This document shows, piece after piece, positions 32,001 through 42,890 of a DNA stretch of 64,000 nucleotides (positions within the stretch are counted from its first letter, which is position 1; each line of letters begins with the position of its first letter). The notes beneath the pieces were generated by a model. The model was not told the origin of the DNA and did not search any database. It was given only the letters and a program-made list of their open reading frames with translations. Origin of the DNA: Klebsormidium nitens (lineage: Eukaryota; Plantae; Klebsormidiophyceae); the NCBI GenBank assembly GCA_000708835.1, contig DF237044.1, positions 145,762 to 209,761 on the forward strand. The letters run 5' to 3'. Position numbers and translations under genes: made by a program.

Positions 32001-35000
32001 AACATTAACGAGCCCACAACATCCGAGATTTGGTGGTAGGACCCGTGTCTGTTTTCTAGTAAACCCGTTGGCACGTATGGTAGCAAACTCAATCTACGGT
32101 CAATGAGTTCCTCCAAGGGTGGAGGCGTACTTGTTTTAAAAGTGTTCCTTTTCCACGTCCTCTCTGTAAAAGGAAGTCGAGCCAATACTTTTGCATTTGC
32201 GTTGTAGTTTCCCGTCGAAGGCGTCCAGAAACCGTAGTCACGGATATGCTTTGTCAGGCCGAATCGTTGCGACTTCCACCGTTCAGTCTCCATTTGTCTC
32301 CGCCCCCCGTTCTTATAAGCAGCGGCCGGACATCGACTGGGCGTTTTCAAGGAAGACGCTGGCATGGAGCGACTCCTGAAGGGCTTCCTCGACGACCAAC
32401 TACTTTCTTTCATCATATATTCCCTTGCTTCTTATATAAGCGGGCGCTGGAGATCAACTGGGCGATACCGGGGAGGACGCCGGCATGGAGTGGCTCCTGA
32501 AGCTCTATATCGTTGGATTTATCCTGAATTTTCTTTATATTTTTCTTTCCGCTTGTCAAATCTCATAATTCGAATATATCCCCTTCCTCTTATCGTAAGC
32601 AGGTGCCAAAGATTGACTGGGCAATACGCGGGGAGGACGCCGGGATGGAGAGGCTCCTGAAGCTCTATTTCATTGCAATTCTCCTGGATTTCCTCTTTTT
32701 CTCCGCTTGTCCAATTTCTTAATTCAAATATCCCTTTTTCTTTCATCATAAGCAGGTGCCAGAGATCGACTGGGCGGTGCGCGGAGAAGATGCCGGCATG
32801 GAGTGGCTCCTCAAATCCATTCTCGTTGGATTTTTTTAGTATTTCTTCCGCTTGTCAATATCAAGAATCCGAATACATCCTTTCCCCTTTTGTTATAAGC
32901 AGGTGCCGGAGATTGACTGGGCGGTGCCTGGAGAGGACGCCGGGATGGAGTGGCTCCTAAAGCGCTTCCTCGGAAAAGGGATTGCCAAATACGACGCTGA
33001 CCGGAACGACCCGACGATCCCCACCGGAGTCTCAGGGATGTCCCCTTACTTGCACTACGGCAACGTCGCGGCGCAGGCAAGCAACCGCAGATGCCGAGAT
33101 CAAAGTCCCCTTTACGTTTGTTTGACTTCATCTTTTTACTGTTGCCGTTCAACCTAGTCGGCGTCGTATGTTGAGTACCTCTTGGTATTTTGTGTCGATG
33201 GAGTGCGTGTCTGCTTCGGCTTTGGTTTGGTTTCTGACTGCCTTCCATGGATCAGAGATCTGTTGAGATTCGAGTTTGAAAAACCGATGAAGTTAAAGAA
33301 TAGATTTCGATACTTTCGGTGTAAACAGGCTTCGATACGATTTGTAGGAACGGGCACTCGCAATACGCTTGTTCCTCAGTATTACTCGCTTCTTCCAATC
33401 CTCACTTCAGGGTTGACACCTTGATAGCAGAGAAGTGCGTCAACTTTTGTATGTGGGAGAGCACACAGAATTTCTTTATTTTCCTTCTAACTACCGGCAT
33501 CTTCAGTCCCCAATGCACATCAGAAACTCAAACATCGATATAGACTGGGGTGCGGGACTCTCAACAGTAGAGAGAGCTCTCCTTTTTTTTCCTTTCTCGA
33601 CCTTTTTCAGATCTTGCACAAGTCTCAGACCTTGTTCACTCCAGGAGTTTGCATTCTTCAAGAACTCCCAAAGATGGAAAGTCGACGAGTCCGCAAGACG
33701 GGCCATTGCACTTAACCAGATCTGAACAGCGGCGGGGTTCATCGCTTGCGTTAAGAAAAAGAATTTCTCCTAGCAAAGTAGGCAGCAATCCTTTCCAGGG
33801 CTGTTTTACAGGTCCACGCGACTTGCCCAGAGGACGTTGCTTTGTGTATTATTAGTCTGTGATATTTTCCTGTGTTATTGATTAACGGTTATCAATCTGT
33901 TAACAATCTGCTTGATTTGTGCAGCGAGCGGCACTCGAGGCGCGCAAGTACCGTAAGAGCCACCCGAAGGCGGTGGACGCTTTCCTGGAGGAGCTGATCG
34001 TTCGACGGGAGCTGTCGGACAACTACTGCTACTACCAGCCCAACTACGACAACGTGAGCCGCCGGAATCTTCCAGCTTATGTTCCATGACCGTTCCCCAT
34101 CACTTGGAGTTCAATACATCCAAGCTCCGCGGTTGTGATCCGTGAGTTTGCGATAGGGAAGACGGGGAGCAGTCCCTTTGCTTTATCAGCTAATCGACAA
34201 CGACAAATGATGCGCTCCGACTCTTGCCACCTATAAAGCTCCTACTTAACCCCACCTTTTCTTCTGGCCATAACCTTCTGCTGCCTTGATCTGGCCCAAC
34301 GGAAGTTAGGTATACTCACGTCACCCTCCCTCTCCAGATCTGCAAAACCGCGTCTCTGCGCCAAGGGGGACGCTGTAGAATTGTTTTGGAGCGACTTGAC
34401 GTCTTTGCACAAGTACGCCGATGACTCCATGCTGACGTCACCCCATTTTCTCGCATTCGCAAGGCGCGTTCATCTGTGCGCAGGAGATACTTCAGGTTCC
34501 CGAACTGAATCATGTTACATGACTTCAAAAGTCCGCTGATGGAGCTACGCTGACGCCACCCTGTCTCCTCGCAGCTGCTCGGTTCGTTCTTGTGGGAGGG
34601 GAAGTCGCTGCAAAGAGCTCGCCGAGCAGATTGCACCCAGAACACTGTATGACGTCAGCGCAGACGTCGGGTTTGCCTGCGCCACCATGCTGACGTCACT
34701 CTGTATTATCGCAGCTGTGATGCGCGTTCCCATGGGCGCAGGAGCCAACCCGGAGAATTCGTGGAAGCAGATGTTTCGGGGAACCACGTGACGTCATTGC
34801 AGGCGTCTGCCGCTGATATGTTGACGTCACCCTGTTTCCCCGCAGCTGCAAGGCGCGTTCCTGTAGGCGCGGGAGAAGCTGCAGGGGCTCTGCAGAGCGT
34901 AGTGAACGTGACGTCATTTCAGCTGTCCGCCGATGGAAGTATGCTGACGTCTCTCCATCTTCTCGAAGCTTGCATTCGACAGCACCACGCTGACGTCACC

Positions 35001-37190
35001 TCGTCTCCCCGCAGCTGCAAGGCGCGTTCCCGTGGGCGCGCGAGTCGCTGCAGAAGCACGCGGCCGACCCGCGCGAGTACGTGTACACCAAGGAGCAACT
35101 AGAGAAGGGGCAGACGTACGACGAGCTGTGGAACGCGAGCCAGCACGAGATGGTGCACCATGGCAAGATGCACGGCTTCATGCGGTGAGGGTAGGACGTA
35201 CTTTTGCCGCTTGTGATTCTTTGATTATACTATGGATGTACGTCCCATTTGAGAAGTACACGCAAAATAGCACCGGCAAGATGCACGGATTCATGCGGTG
35301 GGGCGATAGGGATTTGTTGATTCCACTCCGGAAGTGCGTTCCACTCGGAAAGTATACGCAGGGTAGCCACGATGAGTCACGACAGGATGCACGATTGTAT
35401 GCGGTGAGGGCAGACGCTGCGATTGTGCGTGTTTGAGTTCGAGTCAAGAAGTATGCGCACAATTAGCGACATTCACCATGGCGAGATGCATGGTGAGAAC
35501 TGTGATGTTTGGGATCGAAGATTCGGCTTGTAGCAAACGTGTGCATTGCTGACGACGTTTAACGCCTTGTTTATCATGTGGAAAAGGGCTAACTTAAGAA
35601 AGCAGCTCGAATCCCCCGCACAGCAACACAACTCTGTGCTTCACAGCCAGATTCGGCATGTATGCAAAGACACGTAGTTGCCGCAAGCTACACACTAAAT
35701 ATTCTGAGGCTTGAAGCGATCCGGGGTGTGTTTTGAAACCCTAGTTCACGTCGCACAGAGACTAGTACAGTTTAATTCAAGGTTACAACGCCCTGCAATG
35801 GACCAGGACCACTTCGAAGCGACGAAGCTCAATTTTGCACCCGGCCCCTTGAACCGGGCTCCTTGCTGACTTCGGTCTGACGTCAGCTTCTTCCCCCTTG
35901 CAGGATGTACTGGGCGAAGAAGATTCTGGAGTGGACTCCATCCCCCGAAGAAGCCCTGGCGATCGCTATCGAGCTCAACGACAAGGTTTGTAGTCCTGTT
36001 TTGTGCACTGATTGGTGACGGAGACGTGTCTGCCAGTGATTTCTGACTTTCTGCTTGTTCTGATCTCTTCTGCTTCCTGGTTGTGAGAAACTACTTAGAC
36101 TGGCAGCGTTTCTTTCTCTTCGGACCTTTTGAACTCCTCACAAGAGCCCCTAGGTTAAAATACGCCGTTTGGAAAGAGTGAGAGTTCATGAATTAAGGGC
36201 AGAGAAGACCTTCGCACCGCATTCTTCGCAAGGTCATTTGAAGCCGCGAAAATTGAACTGGAGAGTTCTTGCGATGCGTGCAGTACCAGATCGACGGCCG
36301 AGATCCCAACGGTTATGTCGGCTGCATGTGGTCCATTGCGGGGCTCCATGACCGGGTTAGTGAACCCCGTCCTAATCCATTTATTTCCGGCCCGGTTTTC
36401 TCAGTTTTCTTTCCACTTTTCTTTGCAGTACGAGATTGACGGCCGGGACCCGAATGGGTACGTCGGCTGCATGTGGGCGATCGCCGGTGTCCACGACCAG
36501 GTGAGGTCAGCAGTGACGTCACGTGTGCCTTGCTTGAGCTTTTGACACAAGGCACGTACCAGGCGCGGTGAGGTTCCGCGTCGACCAAAAGCTGCTTGGC
36601 TCGCCAGCTTCGCATCTCCGGTCCGCGTACAGCTTTGTACAGTACCGCTGCGGCTAAAATCTGTACTCGGTCTGTACTTTTGATATTACGTGATCGATTG
36701 AAGCGTTCTCATTGGTTCTGACGACCGGAGATGAGCGCTCAGCCCATTCCGGTCAACGCGGAACTCAGGGTGTAAGCTCAGAAAGGTTCCGCAGCTGTTG
36801 GACTGTGGTCGGATGGAGCGCTTCTGCGATACAACAGCTTTTGGATTTTGAACGATACGCGAAGCTCTTGCACGCAGGTCCGACCAATATAAGAGTGTCG
36901 AACCGATTGAGAACCACGCCCCTTGTTACCGAAGGACTTGCCGAACCACGGACGAAACTTGATTGATATCTGGATGGACTCTTGAATCCAAGTTCGAAGC
37001 CAAACTTCATATTTCGTGTTTGTAGGGCTGGGGCGAGCGGCCAATCTTCGGCAAGATTCGGTACATGAACTACGCGGGGTGCAAGCGCAAGTTCAAGGTC
37101 GACAAATACGTGGCTTACGTCAACAAGCTGATGTCAGACTTGAAGACGAAGGGGAAGAGCTCTGCAGCGCGCGAGAAGAAGCCCGTCTAG
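29052..37190 (+). CDS. PHR1: Class II CPD photolyase (PHR1/UVR2), about 687 aa from the first ATG or about 573 aa from the ATG at 29394
   Basis: Exons 29052..29975, 30428..30615, 31534..31693, 32903..33076 (GC donor), 33925..34053, 35015..35184, 35904..35985, 36429..36500 (or 36284..36355) and 37026..37190 join in frame. Motifs: [109 protein letters not shown]. Confidence 0.97.
30935..31533 (+). repeat. Four degenerate copies of the photolyase intron-2 acceptor plus the start of exon 3
   Basis: A core resembling aaggtccaccgcaacc occurs at 30975, 31121, 31281 and 31424, and in the true exon at 31559. Period is 135-160 bp. Confidence 0.9.
32300..32902 (+). repeat. Four degenerate copies of the photolyase intron-3 acceptor plus the start of exon 4
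   Basis: Units of the form taagcag|gtgcc..gactgggcg..gaggacgccgg.atggag start near 32323, 32443, 32603 and 32756. The true exon starts at 32903. Confidence 0.9.
34425..35014 (+). repeat. Degenerate copies of the photolyase intron-5 branch site/acceptor plus the start of exon 6
   Basis: g(c/t)tgacg(t/c)c(a/t) occurs at 34431, 34549, 34689, 34820, 34943 and the true site at 34989. Most are followed by cgcag|ctg...gcgcgttc. Confidence 0.85.
35185..35500 (+). repeat. Copies of the photolyase exon-6 donor junction, period about 110 bp
   Basis: The junction gatgcacg..tcatgcg|gt recurs with GT at 35298 and 35404 (true GT at 35185). A further fragment lies near 35475. Confidence 0.8.
36284..36355 (+). 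CDS. PHR1: Alternative 72-nt copy of photolyase exon 8 ([24 protein letters not shown]), candidate mutually exclusive exon
   Basis: Flanked by GTGCAG and GTTAGT. Same length and phase as exon 36429..36500, with no stop or indel. Confidence 0.6.
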
Positions 37191-38201
37191 AACGAATACT
37201 TGTCTTTTAAATTGGAAGCAATCTGCTCCTATACCTAGTTGCAGTGGATGATGTGAAGAGTTGCGTAAAAAAGCTGTCGTGTACAGTCTGTCAATGCCTG
37301 TTTGCCCGGCACCAAATGGTGGTCTGACATCTTTCACGTGAGAGTCAGTTGATAAGCTTGATCTGGAACCATCAACAACTGACATTACAGTGCGCCTAGT
37401 ATTAGCGTCACGCTCAGACAAACGTTCCGCTTCTTGAGACAACAAACTAAGCAAGCATAAGTTGACAGTCACGATGCCATGTGAGATCGTTGGGCAGGAA
37501 AACATATTGGAATTGAACTCGGGACTTTGAGCAGAGGTTATCCATGAGCATGACGCAGGCTAAATTTCGACGTCTGCAGAAATTGAGCACGCTCTTTGTT
37601 TCTGTGTCCGGCCGGGGCCCCGTAATTCGCATTGATGCTTGCGCGCGCAGTCACTCATGCGCATTGATGAGTCGTTTCGATTGTGCGCGGCGCACCTTCG
37701 GCGATATTTTTTTGCGGGCCGGAGCCCCCCGGCCCGCATATGTATTGCAAGGCGCTAGACGACGCGCGGTACCTTTCACCATGCAGGCATGTGCTGATCC
37801 AACATGACCCAGCGTCGCAGCGCATCAGATTACCATATGTTATCATGATGCAAGCTTACATGCAGGCTTTGATTAGGACATATGTCCGCTAGCTCCGTCG
37901 ATAAACATGTGCGCTTAATCAGCTATATGTATGCGCACTTTCAGGTCGTCACCCAACCGTCAGGTTAGAGATACTGGGAGTCCATTTCAACGAATCCGTC
38001 AAATATAATCATTCAATCCACGTCATCCTGAATGTATAATAAAACATTTGAACTGGGCGTCACGTTGACATTCGGCATTAAGGAGATCTTGCAAGGATAG
38101 GCCATTCGACTTTTTATCGAGCTAGCTACAGACGTTTGTTTCTGAAGAACTCGGTAGCCATAAGATAGATGCAGCAAAACTGGCCCCATAGCTCACCTTC
38201 T

Positions 38202-40094
38202 TTAACGTGCAAAGTTGCTATACAGTCCCCAGCCGTGTCTCTTTCTCATGTTTGCCTCAAGTTCTTTGTCCTGGTGATCGATGAGAAACTCCTTGTATTC
38301 CAAATCGTCTGCATTCGTGCAAAAGCTCTCAAGATCTCTCATGACATAGTTGAAGTCCAGCAACGCCATTGTTTGATAGAAAGGCTTTGTTGGATGTATG
38401 CCGTCTCCGTGCTTCACTTGCAGCCACACGTGTCTTTTGTCCAGATACTTCGTCAATCTATTGGCGTCGACTACTTTCCACACTTTGTTGTCAGCAAAGT
38501 GCCGTTCCTGAATCCTGACAAAAAGGTCCGTCCGCTCGTTTCGACGGATTGGATCGAGGTAAGGGAATCGTTCCTCGTCGTAAGCCGTCATCGTATGATA
38601 GATAAACTTGGTCAAGGGGAGCCCTGTCGTCCCGTTGATCGCCCGCGACGCGTTTTGTTGCTCAAGTATCTGCGTCACTTGGATGGTCAATTTCTCCAAG
38701 TCATTCTGATAAGACAGTTGGCCTTGCCCATAGAATATGTGATGCAACCCCATGTTGAATATGACCGCATACGGCTGGACCGAATCCGGCTGAAAGAAGG
38801 AGTCGCTGTAGCGTAGAACTTGGATGATGAACTGGGACCCGAAATATGTGATACAGAAGTCGAACGCCCCGTCTTCCAAGTTTTCCTTCACGAGCTCGCG
38901 AGTTCGCTTAGGATCCCAGTTCTGATCGTCCAATGTCCAAGTCTTACAGGCGCCTCGCTCGAAGCCCGTTCCATTTCGAGGAGCAGACGATCGGCAACAA
39001 ACTCCGGTCACGAAGTCACGCACGTTCTCCCCACCCAAATCGTCAACCATCGACAAGAACTGGTAACGAAGCAGAGAGTCACCCATCAAATGCAGCCAAG
39101 CCTGGCCTTTTCTTTTAGCTAGAAAGCTTCCCAGGTCGGCAATCGTTTTGTACTCCAGGTTGCAGTTCACTTTTTGGACCTGGTCCAACGATGTAAGATT
39201 CGCCACTTGAAGGATATCACACGGCACCAAGCAAGTGTCCTGCTCGACCCCATTGCTTTTGGAGCACCCTTCTGATACTTGGCTCGTAACCCTAAACCTG
39301 CCTAGCAACGTCGGCAGAAGAATGGAGTCCGTGGAATACATGTAGTCGCGACTCACGAGTCCAACGAAGAACATTACGAGCCCTGCAGATATCACAAATT
39401 TGTCATTGCAATGGTTTTTCGAGAGCTCTGGTAAGCCGTCCTTGCCGCGTTGCGTTTGAAATGACAAGAATTGTTGCCTAAAAAGTACGCAGGGATGAAG
39501 AGGTGACAGGTTCACAGTTGAGTCTAGTGCTCGATCAGTGAGTGAAGGCAAAGTACTCAGCGAGACTCGTTCGCATGTTCTTCCTTTCGTCACATTTCAG
39601 CAAAAAGTGAAACTTTGTTTCCAACTGTTCTGGGATTGGTTTGAAAATGCTTGTGCAGAGCAATCGTTCTAGGATTAAAACAGAGTCTGTTTTTCAGGAC
39701 CAGAGTTTGACGTTGTCCTTTCGAGAATGACGAAGAAGGGTAAAAGGAGTTTCTTACTTTCCGGAGTTTCTTACTAATCGGAGTCAAATGGAGCTTATAC
39801 AGCTCTTATTGAGCCTTCCAGTTTTGATGCATCTTATGAAGACCATCCATGATTCTGAAATGCATGAGCGCCTATTGCAAAAGTTCTGCGGTCATCTCCA
39901 TGCTCTAGGCCAAATGATTTGCAGCTGCCTTTGTTTTACCTATGATTCCTTGCTATTGAGGAGATTACCTGGTCCATCTGTTTTCCGATCTAAAAGGAGA
40001 CACGGCTCTTTTTGAGAGGAGGTCTGATCAACGTCATCTTACCTGCGGTTCCAGCTAACGAGAGACTGATGGCGCCGGCCCCCGTTCCTACCAT
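38202..40094 (-). CDS. SGNH-hydrolase / PC-esterase-like type II membrane protein, copy 1 (about 410 aa, 2 coding exons)
   Basis: Exon 40043..40094 (MVGTGAGAISLSLAGTA) joins 38202..39382 at phase 1. Motifs HLMGDSLLRYQF, FNMGLHH and GDGIHP give the GDS Ser, block-III Asn and DxxH typical of the SGNH/PC-esterase fold. N-terminal hydrophobic anchor. Closely similar to copy 2 at 49172..51127. Confidence 0.75.
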
Positions 40095-42890
40095 AACACA
40101 CAAGCTCTAGAATGAGAAGGAACCTCCGAATCGAACTTCCCGATCAAATCTCTACTATTGACTGCTGCCTTGAGTTTGCAGTCATAGTTGACCAGCAGAA
40201 GCCTTTTAGCAAGCAGGACGCAAGCAGCCCCTTTTTGGTTCTAACAAACCGAGTTGATCAATTTGGAATTGCCTAGTGATCATGGAAGGCGAGAAGGCGC
40301 GCTGCGCCTCTCTATATAGATCCCTCACCCTCCTCGTTGAATGATGATAGAAAACGTTGCTCACTTCTCAAAAGGCCGGCAGACTGGCAGATCTGCTTGA
40401 TGTGACCGGATGAATCTATTATAAGTACAGGACCTCGTACTCTGATACGCATACTCTGAGCTATGGCTTGATGGACCTCAAAAGCGTTTTGAGCCGGCGG
40501 CTGCGGTCGACATGATGTGACGGGTCCGTACATGTCGGGGGGGCAACTAAGTCGAAGTCCGTGTCCACTATTTCTGTTTGCAGGCTCTTGCTGGCTTGCG
40601 TTGTCGATTTGACTGCATGCAACACTGGTTCCAATCAGTGACGATCTGGACCGCCCGGATAATTCGACTTCCCCTCTGCGTCACTTGCCTATCCATGATT
40701 CGTATGCAATCAGCAAGGATCTAGGATTCACTCTGCATTTTTCTGCATGCATCATTCTGCATCCCTGTTTTCCCAATCGCTGCGCGCAATTACAAAAAGC
40801 AGAAACGACGCGTCCGCATCCGATAGATGGAGTCTCAGCGCCGCCTGCGGGCACAAGTTTCTAATCGCCAACATGAACGCTCTCTGCATCAGTCTAGAGC
40901 GTCACGTGCACCCAAGACCAAATCACACAGCAGAAGCTGCTCCGAAATGACGAACCTGAGTGGACGTGACGCGGAACCACTCTGCACACTTGCCTGGGCA
41001 CCACGTCGAAAACTAAAGGCACCGCCTGCTTAGTATCCCCAGCCTTACACGTCACAGATCTTATCTCCGTTTCTCTGCGCTGCATCTGCATTCCTCGGAC
41101 GTACAACAGATCATTAATATTGCACGACGTGATAAGTGGCGCCGAGTCGGATTGGTCTACTCAAAACTTCCATCCGCCTGTATCAAGGACCCTTCGAACT
41201 AACCCCGCCTCAAGTCAACGTTAAGGCACCACTTTGACGATGAAAGACCTCTATTCCCTCCTACGTCCGTTTCAGCTTCCTTAACCTGATTTCTGCCCCC
41301 CCCTCATTTTTCAACGCCGAAATAACGAATTAACGTCGGACCGCGGCGGATCTTGGTGGGTTTGGGTCGTACGCAAAGGTTGACTCGAACAAAACAAAGG
41401 GGAAGGGCCCACCTTATAACCAAGGGTCGAAACCGCGAGCCCTCGGACAGCCAACTCGGGGTCGGACATCACCTCCCGGGGTCTGGACAATCTCTCTCTT
41501 TCTGCTAACAAGTCCCTTCCCCCCAACTCCAGCGTCCCCTCCAGCGATCTCTACGACTCGTCCTCAGAAACGCAACCAACAACTTAGAATCCTTGCTTAA
41601 GCAGACTGGAACCCCGCTCCCGACCCGGCAGATCCATGAGGCCGAGATGTCGGAGGAGCTCCGGAAATGTGCATCCCCGTTGCACGGTATAATCTGGCCT
41701 ATCTCGACTCGCTCCACGTTCTGACGAACGGAATCACGGCAATACGGGCACAGCGACTTGAAGGCTAACATCAGAAAGACGACGAAACGCGTCATCAGTC
41801 CGTCCTTGCGGCCCAGAAAGGGAGCGGAGAGCTTCTTGTTCTTGCGGCAGATTGTTTCTCATCCGACCTTCAAGGTTTCCCAGGAGTTCATCTTATAGAC
41901 TGAATTCGAATACCGATTGTGCTCTCTTTTCGCACGCCGTCACTAGCCAATGCAGCCGCCCATAGGCTTCATGGCCACTTCATCACGCACTTGAGTCAGC
42001 GCGGCGCCGCGTCGCGAGAATCGAAAATTGCGGGCTGCCATGTACAGTGGCCCTTGGCAGCGCGGCTCAATCCCACTTGGGTGAGATTGAGGCCGGGCCG
42101 GCCTTGATTGCATGGCACGGGGCGCGCGGCGCGCTGGCAACCAGCAAGTCTGGTCGAATCGTTTCCTTGGCTTGGCGGTGAGAAGGAATGATCAATCTGC
42201 ATGAATGCGTTTGTGTCATGCATGCCAGTATATTACGTACTACGTAAGTATAATCAACCCTCGAATCCCGTACGTGCAATGCTTCCGACCGCAATGATGG
42301 AGCGCGGCACGCGCCGGGGCCGGGCCCCGGCTACGCTCACTCATGCAGATTCACTGTCAAACGCAGTCCTTTCACAGATTCAATACAGCCTGGCCCTAGT
42401 TTTAGAATCGATCGAGCCCCTATATGACTGGTCCGATTGATTTTCGGCAGCATGCCAGATTACCTCGGCTTTCAAAGTCACTCTGATAACACTGCACCGA
42501 AATGATTGAATGTCGCCTCGACGACCTGAATGCATCATTGTGTCGCAACTAGCCACCATGCAGTTAATTCAGAATCGATCATCGTTCAATGAATGTCGAG
42601 ATCTCCGTCATTGACCTTTCAAAAGTGCATAATCCGTTAGTAACAAGTCCTCAGCTTGGCGCGGCTCCAGCCACCGGCTCTCGTTCGCTGGATGAAGCCT
42701 CATATGGCCGTTTTTGCGTGTCAACCGTTAAATCCGACTATCTTGATGCGACGATCAGTCTTTACTTTACCCGCAACAGGCTGCGCACATCTCGGTGCGC
42801 AGATAAATAACTCACCCAAGTATAAATACAAACACTGGCGGCCTTCGAACATTTACGCAAAACTTGCACGGCCCGTCTCCCGGCCGCTTT

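Noticed and set aside
30935-35500. Repeat-spacer-like periodicity resembling a CRISPR array
   Set aside because: The units are degenerate copies of the gene's own splice junctions, the lengths are irregular, there are no cas genes, and the context is eukaryotic.
34431-35890. Many TGACGTCA palindromes (as-1/CRE-like bZIP sites)
   Set aside because: They lie just upstream of 3' acceptors and fit a CTGAC branch-site consensus multiplied by duplication. There is no evidence of promoter function.
37713-37760. GC hairpin (GCGGGCCGG/CCGGCCCGC) followed by CTAG, like a Helitron 3' end
   Set aside because: The next base is A rather than the expected T, and no matching 5' TC end or second copy was identified.
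38169-38816. Long plus-strand ORF (215 aa), and likewise the minus-strand ORF at 50672..51208
   Set aside because: Both are antisense shadows of the esterase-like genes and have no motifs.
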